Positions 39,025 through 47,521 of a DNA stretch of 64,000 nt are shown here, piece after piece. Position 1 is the stretch's first letter, and every line of letters starts with the position of its first letter. The DNA is taken from positions 106,906 to 170,905 of the IMG/VR virus record IMGVR_UViG_3300042558_002764, one strand, 5' to 3'. Both the position numbers and the translations under genes were made by a program. Origin of the DNA: a virus (lineage: Duplodnaviria; Heunggongvirae; Uroviricota; Caudoviricetes). The notes beneath the pieces were generated by a model, which was not told the origin of the DNA, made no database searches, and worked only from the letters and a program-made list of their open reading frames with translations.

Positions 39025-40467
39025 ATGTCAAGATTAACTGAAGCATTACAAACTGAAAACACAACCACTAAGAACGGGATGGAAACTAATTCATCTTCTC
39101 TTAATGAGTGTGTTAACCTTTTCTTCTCCATTGGAGCAATGAGAGGTAAAAGTTCTGAGAGTGTTGTAAAACTTTTCTCAAAGGCTTTCAGTGAAGAACC
39201 AACTACAGCATTAAGAATCCTTTTTTGGGCAAGAGATGTTAGAGGTGGTGCTGGTGAGAGAAAAATCTTTAGAGATATTTTATCTTACCTAGTTGATAAC
39301 TACTCAAAAGTAGTTAAAGTTAATCTTAACTTAATTCCTGAATACGGGAGATGGGATGACGTTCATATCCTTTTCGGAACTGAATTGGAAAATGACGCCA
39401 TCACACTTCTTGTAGAAGGTTTAAAAAGTGGTAATGGTTTATGTGCTAAATGGATGCCCCGTAAAGGTTTGGTATTTAATAAAGTACGTAAAGCACTTAA
39501 GTTGGACCCAAAATCCCTTAGAAAATTACTTGTGTCTTTGTCAAACACGGTAGAACAAAAAATGTGTTCGAAAAGTTGGGCAGAGATTGAGTATTCAAAG
39601 ACACCATCTTTGGCTATGTCAAGGTATACAAAAGCTTTTGGCAGAAACGACCAAGAAAGATTTGGTCAATTTATTGAAGCCCTTCAAAAAGGTGAAACTA
39701 AAGTTAACGCCGGAGCTTTGTATCCTTACGATGTTACCAAGAATCTTAGATTCGGTAATAAAGATTTGGCTAATGAACAATGGAAAGCCCTACCAAATTA
39801 TATGGAAGGTTCAACAGAACTTGTCCTACCTTTGGTTGACGTTTCAGGTTCAATGGATTGTTCGGTAGGAGGTAATCCAAACCTTACATGTATGGAGGTG
39901 GCTATTTCTTTGGGTATGTACATCTCTGAAAGAAATGAGGGAGCATTTAAAGATATGTTTATGACATTTTCTTCAAATCCCGAAATTCAAAAATTGATGG
40001 GTCCACTTAGTGACCGTTACAATCAATTAGCTAGAGCTAAATGGGGTATGTCAACTAATTTAGAAGCAGCGTTCAAGACTATCTTGAATCAAGCAGTTAA
40101 ATTTGGTGTTCCACAGGAAGAGATGCCAACAAAGATTCTTATCCTATCCGATATGGAGTTTGATTCCGCTACTAGTAGTGGTTGGGGAAATGAATCTGAT
40201 TGGAATCCCTCGGCTATGTCGATGATTGATGAAATGTACACTAACGCTGGTTATGTAAAACCTGGAATTATTTTCTGGAACCTACATTCCAACGGGGGTA
40301 ATTTCCCAGCAAGATTTGATGAGGTTGGAACTGCTTTAATTAGTGGTTTCAGTCCATCAATCTTGAAATCGGTTCTGAATAATCCTAACAGTTTAACACC
40401 TGTTAATATTATGAATGAAACCGTACATTCAGAAAGATATGAACCTGTAAAGGTTTGGATTCTTTAA
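39025..40467 (+). CDS. Ro60-like protein (TROVE-like helical domain plus C-terminal vWA). Alternative reading: a DUF2828-type vWA protein.
   Basis: About 260 aa of helical N-terminus, then a vWA domain with MIDAS D-x-S-x-S (LVDVSGSMD, about residue 265) and following beta-strand motifs. Confidence 0.5.
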   Translation: MSRLTEALQTENTTTKNGMETNSSSLNECVNLFFSIGAMRGKSSESVVKLFSKAFSEEPTTALRILFWARDVRGGAGERKIFRDILSYLVDNYSKVVKVNLNLIPEYGRWDDVHILFGTELENDAITLLVEGLKSGNGLCAKWMPRKGLVFNKVRKALKLDPKSLRKLLVSLSNTVEQKMCSKSWAEIEYSKTPSLAMSRYTKAFGRNDQERFGQFIEALQKGETKVNAGALYPYDVTKNLRFGNKDLANEQWKALPNYMEGSTELVLPLVDVSGSMDCSVGGNPNLTCMEVAISLGMYISERNEGAFKDMFMTFSSNPEIQKLMGPLSDRYNQLARAKWGMSTNLEAAFKTILNQAVKFGVPQEEMPTKILILSDMEFDSATSSGWGNESDWNPSAMSMIDEMYTNAGYVKPGIIFWNLHSNGGNFPARFDEVGTALISGFSPSILKSVLNNPNSLTPVNIMNETVHSERYEPVKVWIL

Positions 40468-40971
40468 AATATTGTGGTATTGAGGAATAATTGCAGCAAA
40501 ATTAAAATCTTAAATTTATAGCTACATAAGAGAGGGCTTTGATAACCCGTCTAACCACAAGGGTGTAAAGGTGAAAGCCGGGGACCACTCAGAGTTAGAC
40601 AAAAGAGTCAAACGATTCTGTTACCACAAAATTATTAAAAAGGTGTAATGGGTACGTCAAACGAGACTATAAGACCCAATAAACGAATGGTTTCTGCAAA
40701 TTCTTCTAGAAACTTGTAAGAACGACGAGGGGTTTTACCGATTTACCCCAAATTAAATTATAAATTGGCGACCATAGGAGAGTTTAAACGTGGGAAAATC
40801 TCACACTTGAGGTCGTAAAACATACCTCTTGATTATCACAAGTAAAAATGGTAGTTGGATTTGTCTCAATCAAATAAAAGACACCCGAACCAAAATGGGT
40901 TAATAATATTGGGGTGGTTACTCAGCCACCGAAAATAACAAAAGGACCACCATTCCGACACCTAATTTTTT
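40468..40971 (+). ncRNA. Candidate structured ncRNA locus (Y-RNA/YrlA-like?) downstream of the Ro60-like gene.
   Basis: About 500 nt with no ORF of 60 aa or more on either strand. It is locally GC-richer and has multiple hairpins (for example GGGGT..ACCCC and GGTGG..CCACC). A strong terminator caps it. Confidence 0.35.
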
Positions 40972-40998
40972 AAAGGGAGCTTGTCTCCCTTTTTTTAT
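40972..40998 (+). terminator. Rho-independent terminator.
   Basis: Stem AGGGAG/CTCCCT plus a T7 run. Confidence 0.7.
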
Positions 40999-41051
40999 TT
41001 TACTATACTTAATAATTAACGGTTTTATTATATTTATTTAATATTAAATTA

Positions 41052-41276
41052 TTGGAAATGACTAGAATAGAAGAGATATTTTTTGAGGCTTTTGAATTGG
41101 GTATTCAAAATAAAATGTACGACACAGTATCTAAAATGGTTGGTAGTGGCGATTATAAATACGTGGAACTCCGCCAAATTTATGAAATTGCTTTTGAAAA
41201 AGAAAAAAAGGTTTTAATTAATAATAATTTATATGAACAAACAAACAGTTCAGAAGTTTATCAACCGAGAGCTTAA
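41052..41276 (+). CDS. Hypothetical small protein.
   Basis: ORF overlapping the next gene by 44 nt. Confidence 0.3.
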   Translation: MEMTRIEEIFFEAFELGIQNKMYDTVSKMVGSGDYKYVELRQIYEIAFEKEKKVLINNNLYEQTNSSEVYQPRA

Positions 41277-41964
41277 GGCTAAAGATATTTTCTATTTAAA
41301 AGAAGTTACCAAAAAAGAGGCTTACGATTTTGTTAAAACTTATCACTACTTGGGTGAAGCTAAATTTTTTGCTAAATTTTCTTATGCTGTAATTGATAGG
41401 GAGACTGAAGATATCATTGGTGTTGCTACTTTCTCTAATCCACAAGGTAATGTAGCTTTAAAGGGTTGGTTTGGTTTATCCAATGATAACCAAACGGTTT
41501 TAGAACTTAGTAGACTTTGTGTTTTACCTGAATTAAATGGTACAAACCTAACTTCATACCTATTAGGTGGTAGTATTAGATTACTAAAAAAAGAAGGTGT
41601 TAAGGCAGTTATAACATTAGCGGATGATAGTAGACATAGCGGTAGTATATATCAGGTCTGTAACTTCACCTATTACGGCTTAACAGATAAGAAATCAGAT
41701 TTTTTTAGATGGGATGGTAAGGTTAACCCTAGAGGTTCAACAAAAGAAGTCCAAGGTGTTTGGATTCCTAGAACAAGGAAACATAGATATGCTTATATTA
41801 TTGATAAATCTTTAAAGTGCTTATATATTGAAGAAATGAGACCACAAAAAGGTGATACAAATGAATATGATTGTTGTGCCGGTAAAAAACAAATTTACGA
41901 CAATAGATTTAAAAAATGGTATTCTTGCCCCAAATGTGATGAAATAACTGAATTAGCTTTTTAA
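41233..41964 (+). CDS. GNAT-fold-like acyltransferase with a C-terminal zinc ribbon (paralog A).
   Basis: ELSRLCVLPELNGTNLTSYLL resembles GNAT motif A. The C-terminus has CC...CPKC. It is paralogous to the ORF at 41966. Confidence 0.4.
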   Translation: MNKQTVQKFINRELKAKDIFYLKEVTKKEAYDFVKTYHYLGEAKFFAKFSYAVIDRETEDIIGVATFSNPQGNVALKGWFGLSNDNQTVLELSRLCVLPELNGTNLTSYLLGGSIRLLKKEGVKAVITLADDSRHSGSIYQVCNFTYYGLTDKKSDFFRWDGKVNPRGSTKEVQGVWIPRTRKHRYAYIIDKSLKCLYIEEMRPQKGDTNEYDCCAGKKQIYDNRFKKWYSCPKCDEITELAF

Positions 41965-41965
41965 A

Positions 41966-42760
41966 ATGAAATATTTTTTTGAAATTAAAGAGATAGATAA
42001 AACTCTTGCTATAGAATTTGTACAAGAAAGACACTATTCAAAAGTAATGCCTAAATTAACCAAACATTGGTTAGGTTGTTTTTTAAACAATGAGTTAGTT
42101 GGTGTTGTTACATTGGGGTGGGGGACACAACCCTTACAAACAATTAAAAAGTTATTCCCGAACTTAAAATCAGAGGATTATTACGAAATTGGTAAGATGT
42201 GTATGGATGATTCTATGCCTAGAAATTCAGAGTCACAGATGTTAGCTCAAGTAGTTAGATGGATGAAAACTAATTTACCTGAAAAGAAATTTCTTTATAC
42301 ATGGGCAGATGGAATTGTGGGTAAAGTTGGGTATGTGTACCAAGGGTCTAATTTTTATTATGGTAATTTTATTTGGACCGATATCTACATATCACCTTTA
42401 GGGGAGAAAATACACCCAAGAAGTTCAAAAGCTTTATTGAAAGAAAATGCTGAATTTTCGGGTAAAGAAAAATTATTTTGGATGACCCCTGATTTTATAA
42501 AAATAAAAGGTATTCGTAGAATTAGAGGAAAACAATTTAGATATATATACCCCCTGAATAAAAAATCAAAAGAACTTTTAAGAAGAGAATCTACGGTAGT
42601 ATGGAACAAAATATACCCAAAAGAAGTTGACCTGTTATGGAAAGAACAAAAAGGTAAAGGTGATTATGTTTTATTAACGAGTAAACCTGAAATGAATTTA
42701 AGTGTTGTTGAATATAATCAAAACAATGTTAATGCACATAAAAAGTTAAAGAAATCTTAG
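41966..42760 (+). CDS. GNAT-fold-like protein (paralog B).
   Basis: Shares the motifs HY..., VGVVTLGWG and GKMCMDDSMPRNSESQMLAQ with paralog A. Confidence 0.4.
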   Translation: MKYFFEIKEIDKTLAIEFVQERHYSKVMPKLTKHWLGCFLNNELVGVVTLGWGTQPLQTIKKLFPNLKSEDYYEIGKMCMDDSMPRNSESQMLAQVVRWMKTNLPEKKFLYTWADGIVGKVGYVYQGSNFYYGNFIWTDIYISPLGEKIHPRSSKALLKENAEFSGKEKLFWMTPDFIKIKGIRRIRGKQFRYIYPLNKKSKELLRRESTVVWNKIYPKEVDLLWKEQKGKGDYVLLTSKPEMNLSVVEYNQNNVNAHKKLKKS

Positions 42761-42771
42761 GATATTTATTA

Positions 42772-43677
42772 TTGATGAAAAAAACTATTAGAAAAGTATT
42801 AAGAGAAGAACAATTATCATTGTTCGATGATTACGAAGACACCAGTTATAAAATATGTTCCCATTTTAAAGATGAGGACCAGCAGAACCTATGTTCAAAT
42901 TTAAATTCTCTTGGTAAATTTTTATATTCAGAGGATGGTTTAGGTTTACAAAGAATCATTGATTTTAAAACCAACCAAATGAAAAAACTTGTTGATTTAA
43001 ACAATCAATACCAAGAACCACTAGCTATTTTATGGGAAACAGGTAAATACAATCAATCAGGTAGATATGATTATATCTCAAAAGAAAATGACTACTATCA
43101 AAATGAGGCCATGAAATCTGTTAATAGAGTTTATGATGATAATGGTAAATGGGATTCTATTAATAAATTAAACACAAATTATTCTGATTTAGCTGAACTA
43201 TTAACAGAATTATTTATCAGAGGTAATATGGTAGGTACCCTAAAAGATAAAAACGCTTTAGGATTAAGGAAGTATCTTATATCTATTAAAGATAAGTTAG
43301 AAAGAGTTATAGATAAGTATATAAAATTAGATGAGTTTAAATCTTTCGTAAGAAATACAAAACACTTATCAAAAATAGGTGAAAAAGCTGAAAACGATGT
43401 TAAAAACATTTTAACAAAGGCTCAAATAGATACAGTGTATCAGGGGGGTGATGGGGACTTTGTTGATATGATTTTTGGTGTAGACCTTATAGTGAATTCT
43501 GGTGGTGAGGTTTATACGATACAAGTTAAGAGTAATGAGATTCAGGCAAAAGAATCTAGAGGATTAAAAAAATATGGAAAGATTGACTTTACTGCTTCAC
43601 CTACCGATTATGGTATTATTATGTTTGATATAGATAATAACGAATTAAAATTCGATAAAAATGGTGATGAAATCTAA
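42772..43677 (+). CDS. Hypothetical protein whose N-terminus, MxxxIRKVLRE, belongs to a local family.
   Basis: ORF. Confidence 0.45.
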   Translation: MMKKTIRKVLREEQLSLFDDYEDTSYKICSHFKDEDQQNLCSNLNSLGKFLYSEDGLGLQRIIDFKTNQMKKLVDLNNQYQEPLAILWETGKYNQSGRYDYISKENDYYQNEAMKSVNRVYDDNGKWDSINKLNTNYSDLAELLTELFIRGNMVGTLKDKNALGLRKYLISIKDKLERVIDKYIKLDEFKSFVRNTKHLSKIGEKAENDVKNILTKAQIDTVYQGGDGDFVDMIFGVDLIVNSGGEVYTIQVKSNEIQAKESRGLKKYGKIDFTASPTDYGIIMFDIDNNELKFDKNGDEI

Positions 43678-43680
43678 TAA

Positions 43681-43917
43681 ATGGAACCAAAAAAACTTTT
43701 AAAAATACATAGTTTTTTATATGGTATAAATGAAATCTTAGGATATAAGGGTAATACTATTATAGAGACTGATTATATCTACGCACCATATTTACCTATG
43801 TTTATAGAAGAAGATTTTAGACCTAGGCAAGGGATTGCTTCAAGGTATGCACGAAAAATCGTGAATAACAATTTTTATGGGAGAGTTACACTTGGAGCCG
43901 ATACGCAAAATACCTAA
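43681..43917 (+). CDS. Hypothetical small protein.
   Basis: ORF. Confidence 0.3.
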   Translation: MEPKKLLKIHSFLYGINEILGYKGNTIIETDYIYAPYLPMFIEEDFRPRQGIASRYARKIVNNNFYGRVTLGADTQNT

Positions 43918-44302
43918 ATTTAATTTTGACAATTCAATAAATTTTAATTTTAATTCTTACACTGTTAATGCGGGTGCAAGAACAATACGTGCAACATGGT
44001 CACCCGAATTAGCACAAGATTTACAAGCATACCACGGGATAGACGCTGAGGCTGAATTAACGAGGTTATTATCTGAGGAATGGGCTAGAAGTATTGATAG
44101 AGAAATTATTAATACTCTTCTTGCTCAAGATTTAATAACCGTACAACCATTAGGCCGACCAATCGGTCATCTTTTTTATTTCGATTCCCAATACGAAACA
44201 TTCGAACCTAAAGTTTATGACGATGGTTCTTGGAGTCTAAAAAATATTTTTGAAAGTTCCATTGGTTTTAAAATAGAAATATCCCCACATAAGTTTATTT
44301 AA
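43877..44302 (+). CDS. Hypothetical protein.
   Basis: ORF. Confidence 0.35.
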   Translation: MGELHLEPIRKIPKFNFDNSINFNFNSYTVNAGARTIRATWSPELAQDLQAYHGIDAEAELTRLLSEEWARSIDREIINTLLAQDLITVQPLGRPIGHLFYFDSQYETFEPKVYDDGSWSLKNIFESSIGFKIEISPHKFI

Positions 44303-44321
44303 TTAATTTTGCCGATATTTA

Positions 44322-44660
44322 TTGTTAAATGAATTTAACGTGCAAAATAACCTTTTCAATAGATTTTTATTGTTATTGGGATTTTTTAAATTTAAAAAAA
44401 CTGAATCAAAAGATGAGGCTTTTAATAGATTAAAAAAATTAGTTCTTTCTGTTAAAAATAGGGAGGATTTAATTAATGCTGTTAAACTAATAAACCACTT
44501 TAATAAAACTTATGAAATAAATCCTGAATCAGCGGAATTTATTTATTTTAACAAAATAGTTAATTTAATGAGATTGATTATTCGTAAAAAACATAAGAAA
44601 AGTGGTGACAAAAATGACGAGGGTCAGTGGAAATGCGAAATAGAATTAGAAAGATATTAA
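44322..44660 (+). CDS. Hypothetical protein.
   Basis: ORF. Confidence 0.35.
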   Translation: MLNEFNVQNNLFNRFLLLLGFFKFKKTESKDEAFNRLKKLVLSVKNREDLINAVKLINHFNKTYEINPESAEFIYFNKIVNLMRLIIRKKHKKSGDKNDEGQWKCEIELERY

Positions 44661-46003
44661 AAGAAAATTCTGATGAGTTAGGTAATTGGTTTAATGAAAT
44701 CGAACCGACCTTTAAAAATTGGAATTTTGAGTTTGATGGTAAACACGAATATTGGGTCGATTTAACTAAAATGACTAAAGATGAAATTAGTGTTGTTGCT
44801 GATTACATTTTAAAATGTTTACCAAACATTAGTGGGTTACGAAAAACTAAGTTTAAAAATTTAGGAGATTATGATGGTGTTGTCATTCATTGCGGTAGTG
44901 AAGATAATGATTATTATCCCACAGAAAATTATGTATGTTTTATGGAGTTTTCTTTTGATGATGACGAAGAAAAAAATAATAGTATTTATATTGACGGTAG
45001 AGAAGTGTATGAGTACATCAAAATCAAAGAAGAACAAAATTTAAAAGAAAGTTTAAATTGGTCTGATAAAGACACAATTAATTGGGATAAAGACCCTAAT
45101 TGGGGTACTGATAACTATTATGGCCCTGACACTAACAATTGGACAACCGATACAGCAAAAAGCCAATGGGTACAAGGTGATGGAGGTGGTGTCTCAAAAT
45201 CATCAGAAGATACAATGTCAGAAGAAGATGAAATAGAATTTGGTGACGATTTTGATTGGGCTAAAAATACTGGGGTACAACCAAATTATAATGGACATCC
45301 ACAAGGTGTGGTTTATCTTCGTGACCATGATGAAATTGATGAATTTTGTGATATTATAGAAACTTATAATGGTGGTGAATTACCTAGAGGTAATGTAAGA
45401 GAAAATTTACATAGTGGTTTAGAAAATAGTAGGGATGAATTAGAGGGTAGTGACTATAACCCTTCTAATGCTGTAATATCAGTCTCATTTTTTGTAGAAA
45501 AAAACAAACCCAGTTTATTGTCCGTTGGTTATTGGGGTTATGATGTAGCTGACAGGTCAATTTTTGAATGGTTAGAAGATGGTGACACATTTAACAATGA
45601 ATATGAATTATATACCAATTTAAATCAAGTTAAAAAGGTTTTTGAAGATTATCAAAATCCTGAATTAGTGAAAGAATCTACTGACCCAGAATGGGAGTGG
45701 CTAAATGATGTACCTGTTACAATCCCATTTGAAATGGTTGAATTACATAAAAAATATAAAATAGAAGTAAAAGAAGATTTACGAGACGCTATTGAGTCAT
45801 GTGGTGATAATTCAAGAATATTTGTACAAGGGTATTACGGTGTTGTCACCAAAACTGATACAATATCTTATAATCGAATACATTGTGATTCAGAAATAGA
45901 AGATGAAGTTTTTACTTTACAATTATATTTTTATGATATAGATGATAATAAAATTAGTTACTTTTGGGTATCCTCTAATATGGTAGATTTTTACGAAATA
46001 TAA
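44627..46003 (+). CDS. Hypothetical acidic Trp-rich protein with repeated ILKE(S/N)xDPxWxWL modules.
   Basis: The N-terminus and an internal segment, VKESTDPEWEWLNDVP, both resemble the N-terminus of the ORF at 46003. Confidence 0.45.
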   Translation: MEMRNRIRKILKENSDELGNWFNEIEPTFKNWNFEFDGKHEYWVDLTKMTKDEISVVADYILKCLPNISGLRKTKFKNLGDYDGVVIHCGSEDNDYYPTENYVCFMEFSFDDDEEKNNSIYIDGREVYEYIKIKEEQNLKESLNWSDKDTINWDKDPNWGTDNYYGPDTNNWTTDTAKSQWVQGDGGGVSKSSEDTMSEEDEIEFGDDFDWAKNTGVQPNYNGHPQGVVYLRDHDEIDEFCDIIETYNGGELPRGNVRENLHSGLENSRDELEGSDYNPSNAVISVSFFVEKNKPSLLSVGYWGYDVADRSIFEWLEDGDTFNNEYELYTNLNQVKKVFEDYQNPELVKESTDPEWEWLNDVPVTIPFEMVELHKKYKIEVKEDLRDAIESCGDNSRIFVQGYYGVVTKTDTISYNRIHCDSEIEDEVFTLQLYFYDIDDNKISYFWVSSNMVDFYEI

Positions 46004-46431
46004 TGAGAAATTTAATTAAAAAAATATTAAAAGAATCTACTGACCCAGATTGGGCATGGCTAGATGAGATACCACCAATTATAGATGGTTGGGATTTATA
46101 TCATAACAAATTAAAAGGTGAATCTTTTACAATAAATCTTAAATCTGAAGTTATGACTGATGATTGTGTTGATGAATACTTCCCAGATGATGTTGATTAT
46201 GAATCTGAAGTAAAAGTAATATTAGTAGAAGTGGTACCAAAAATGAGGGTAAAAACAAATGGTTGTTATACTAAAGAGGTAGAAGTATTATTATTAAAAT
46301 TTTATGAAAGTACTAATGGACATGATGGGATTAGTGACAATTTTAGTGGTGAAAAAAATGGGGAGATTGCTAATATGTGTGATAATAGATGTTGGTGGGT
46401 TTACCCTGGGTTAATAAACGTAAATTATTAA
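46003..46431 (+). CDS. Hypothetical protein, paralogous N-terminal module.
   Basis: MRNLIKKILKESTDPDWAWLDEIPP. Confidence 0.4.
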   Translation: MRNLIKKILKESTDPDWAWLDEIPPIIDGWDLYHNKLKGESFTINLKSEVMTDDCVDEYFPDDVDYESEVKVILVEVVPKMRVKTNGCYTKEVEVLLLKFYESTNGHDGISDNFSGEKNGEIANMCDNRCWWVYPGLINVNY

Positions 46432-46593
46432 AGATTTCTTAACATTAGATATTTGTCCTTTTTACTTTTATGACCTATATATTGTTATATGAAAATAATA
46501 TTATTAACACTAATAATAACAACAATCACATTTTTATTACTGACAGTCTCAAAAGACAGAAAAGAGTATTTTGATTATTACGGAAAAAAGTAA

Positions 46594-46601
46594 TATCTTT
46601 G
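46594..46601 (+). promoter_or_regulatory. -7 box TATCTTTG.
   Basis: 4 nt upstream of the ATG at 46606. Confidence 0.4.
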
Positions 46602-46605
46602 TCTT

Positions 46606-46815
46606 ATGGAAATAATTGATTATACTTGGTTCACAACATCCCAAACAGTTGGTATTGTTTTAGTTAAAGACCCCTATGATGGGTATAAAGCATATATTGG
46701 TGTGGCGAAGGGTGGTAACGAACTTGACGATGTTACCCATATTACAAAATGGGGGAGTAGTTTCCCTATCGAAGCGGCAAAAAAATTATTTACACACATA
46801 AATTTTACAAATTAA
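46606..46815 (+). CDS. Hypothetical small protein.
   Basis: ORF downstream of a -7 box. Confidence 0.4.
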   Translation: MEIIDYTWFTTSQTVGIVLVKDPYDGYKAYIGVAKGGNELDDVTHITKWGSSFPIEAAKKLFTHINFTN

Positions 46816-46837
46816 TTGACAATTTAAAAACTTTTAT

Positions 46838-46845
46838 TATCTTTG
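46838..46845 (+). promoter_or_regulatory. -7 box TATCTTTG.
   Basis: Upstream of the micro-ORF at 46875. Confidence 0.35.
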
Positions 46846-46874
46846 TAACATATTTAATTAATAAGAATAAAAAA

Positions 46875-46985
46875 ATGATAACAAATAACATACATATCAG
46901 CAATCGTAATCAGTGGTATCAGCCGTGTTTTATTAACAATGGTAAGGGTATGTTATGTGTAAATGGAAGTGAGGAAATAATTTAA
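46875..46985 (+). CDS. Micro-ORF (36 aa, MITNNIHISNRNQWYQPCFINNGKGMLCVNGSEEII) between a promoter and a terminator, upstream of tRNA array 1.
   Basis: ATG to TAA in frame. It has its own -7 box and a terminator. Confidence 0.25.
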   Translation: MITNNIHISNRNQWYQPCFINNGKGMLCVNGSEEII

Positions 46986-47009
46986 TCACAGAAGTAAATA
47001 AAAATATAA

Positions 47010-47042
47010 CAAACCCAATTCCAAAAGAGTTGGGTTTTTTGT
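47010..47042 (+). terminator. Rho-independent terminator.
   Basis: Stem ACCCAA/TTGGGT plus a T6 run. Confidence 0.6.
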
Positions 47043-47055
47043 TTATAAAAAAAAA

Positions 47056-47129
47056 CGATGTGTATATCAGTTGGTTAGATAGACACTCTGATAAGGTGTA
47101 GGTCGGAGGTTCGAGCCCTCCCACATCGA
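47056..47129 (+). tRNA. tRNA-Ile (anticodon GAT).
   Basis: Hand-folded cloverleaf. Acceptor CGATGTG/CACATCG, anticodon loop CTGATAA, T-arm GGAGG-TTCGAGC-CCTCC. Confidence 0.7.
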
Positions 47130-47150
47130 CAAAAAAGAAAAAGTTCTTTG
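47127..47150 (+). repeat. Copy 1 of the conserved motif ACAAAAAAGAAAAAGTTCTTTGA.
   Basis: Near-identical to 63976-63998. The core GTTCTTTGAT also occurs at 57223-57232. Confidence 0.5.
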
Positions 47151-47169
47151 ATGTATTGGTATTAGTAAT

Positions 47170-47242
47170 GACTCAGTAGCTCAATTGGTAGAGCTCCACA
47201 CTGTTAATGTGGCCGTTACAGGTTCAAGTCCTGTCTGAGTCG
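47170..47242 (+). tRNA. tRNA-Asn (anticodon GTT).
   Basis: Acceptor GACTCAG/CTGAGTC, anticodon loop CTGTTAA, T-loop TTCAAGT. Confidence 0.7.
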
Positions 47243-47372
47243 CTGAGGTTGATTGGGGAATGATATAACGTTAACGTGTCAGTAGTCGTGGTTATATCGG
47301 AGTTGTAACTGTCCGAGTAAAGCCAATCGTAAAAGGGGATGTCCACACAACCATCTTCCCCTTTCCTAACTT

Positions 47373-47453
47373 GGGAACTGAAAGTCGTTTGGATACGGCA
47401 GCGAAACTGTAAATTTCGTCCTCGCGGGAGTGGTTCGAGTCCACCAGGTCCCA
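47373..47453 (+). tRNA. tRNA-Tyr-like element (anticodon GTA, class II) with irregular acceptor/D-arm spacing. Possibly non-canonical or a pseudo-tRNA.
   Basis: Perfect anticodon arm CGAAA-CTGTAAA-TTTCG, variable arm, T-arm GTGG-TTCGAGT-CCAC, and acceptor GGGAACT/AGGTCCC with one mismatch. There are two extra nucleotides before the D-stem. Confidence 0.35.
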
Positions 47454-47521
47454 CAAAAAAAAATAAATGTAATATAAGTGGATTTTAACTCTGTTTGTTA
47501 TATTTATAATAAAAGAATATT

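Noticed and set aside
46933-47124. Minus-strand ORF (MGGLEPPT...) overlapping tRNA-Ile.
   Set aside because: GLEP peptides come from translating the reverse complement of a tRNA T-arm (GGTTCGAGCC). This is an ORF shadow of the tRNA.
47224-47454. Minus-strand ORF MGPGGLEPLPRG...
   Set aside because: Overlaps tRNA-Asn and the Tyr-like element. The GGLEP signature comes from the T-arm. Not coding.
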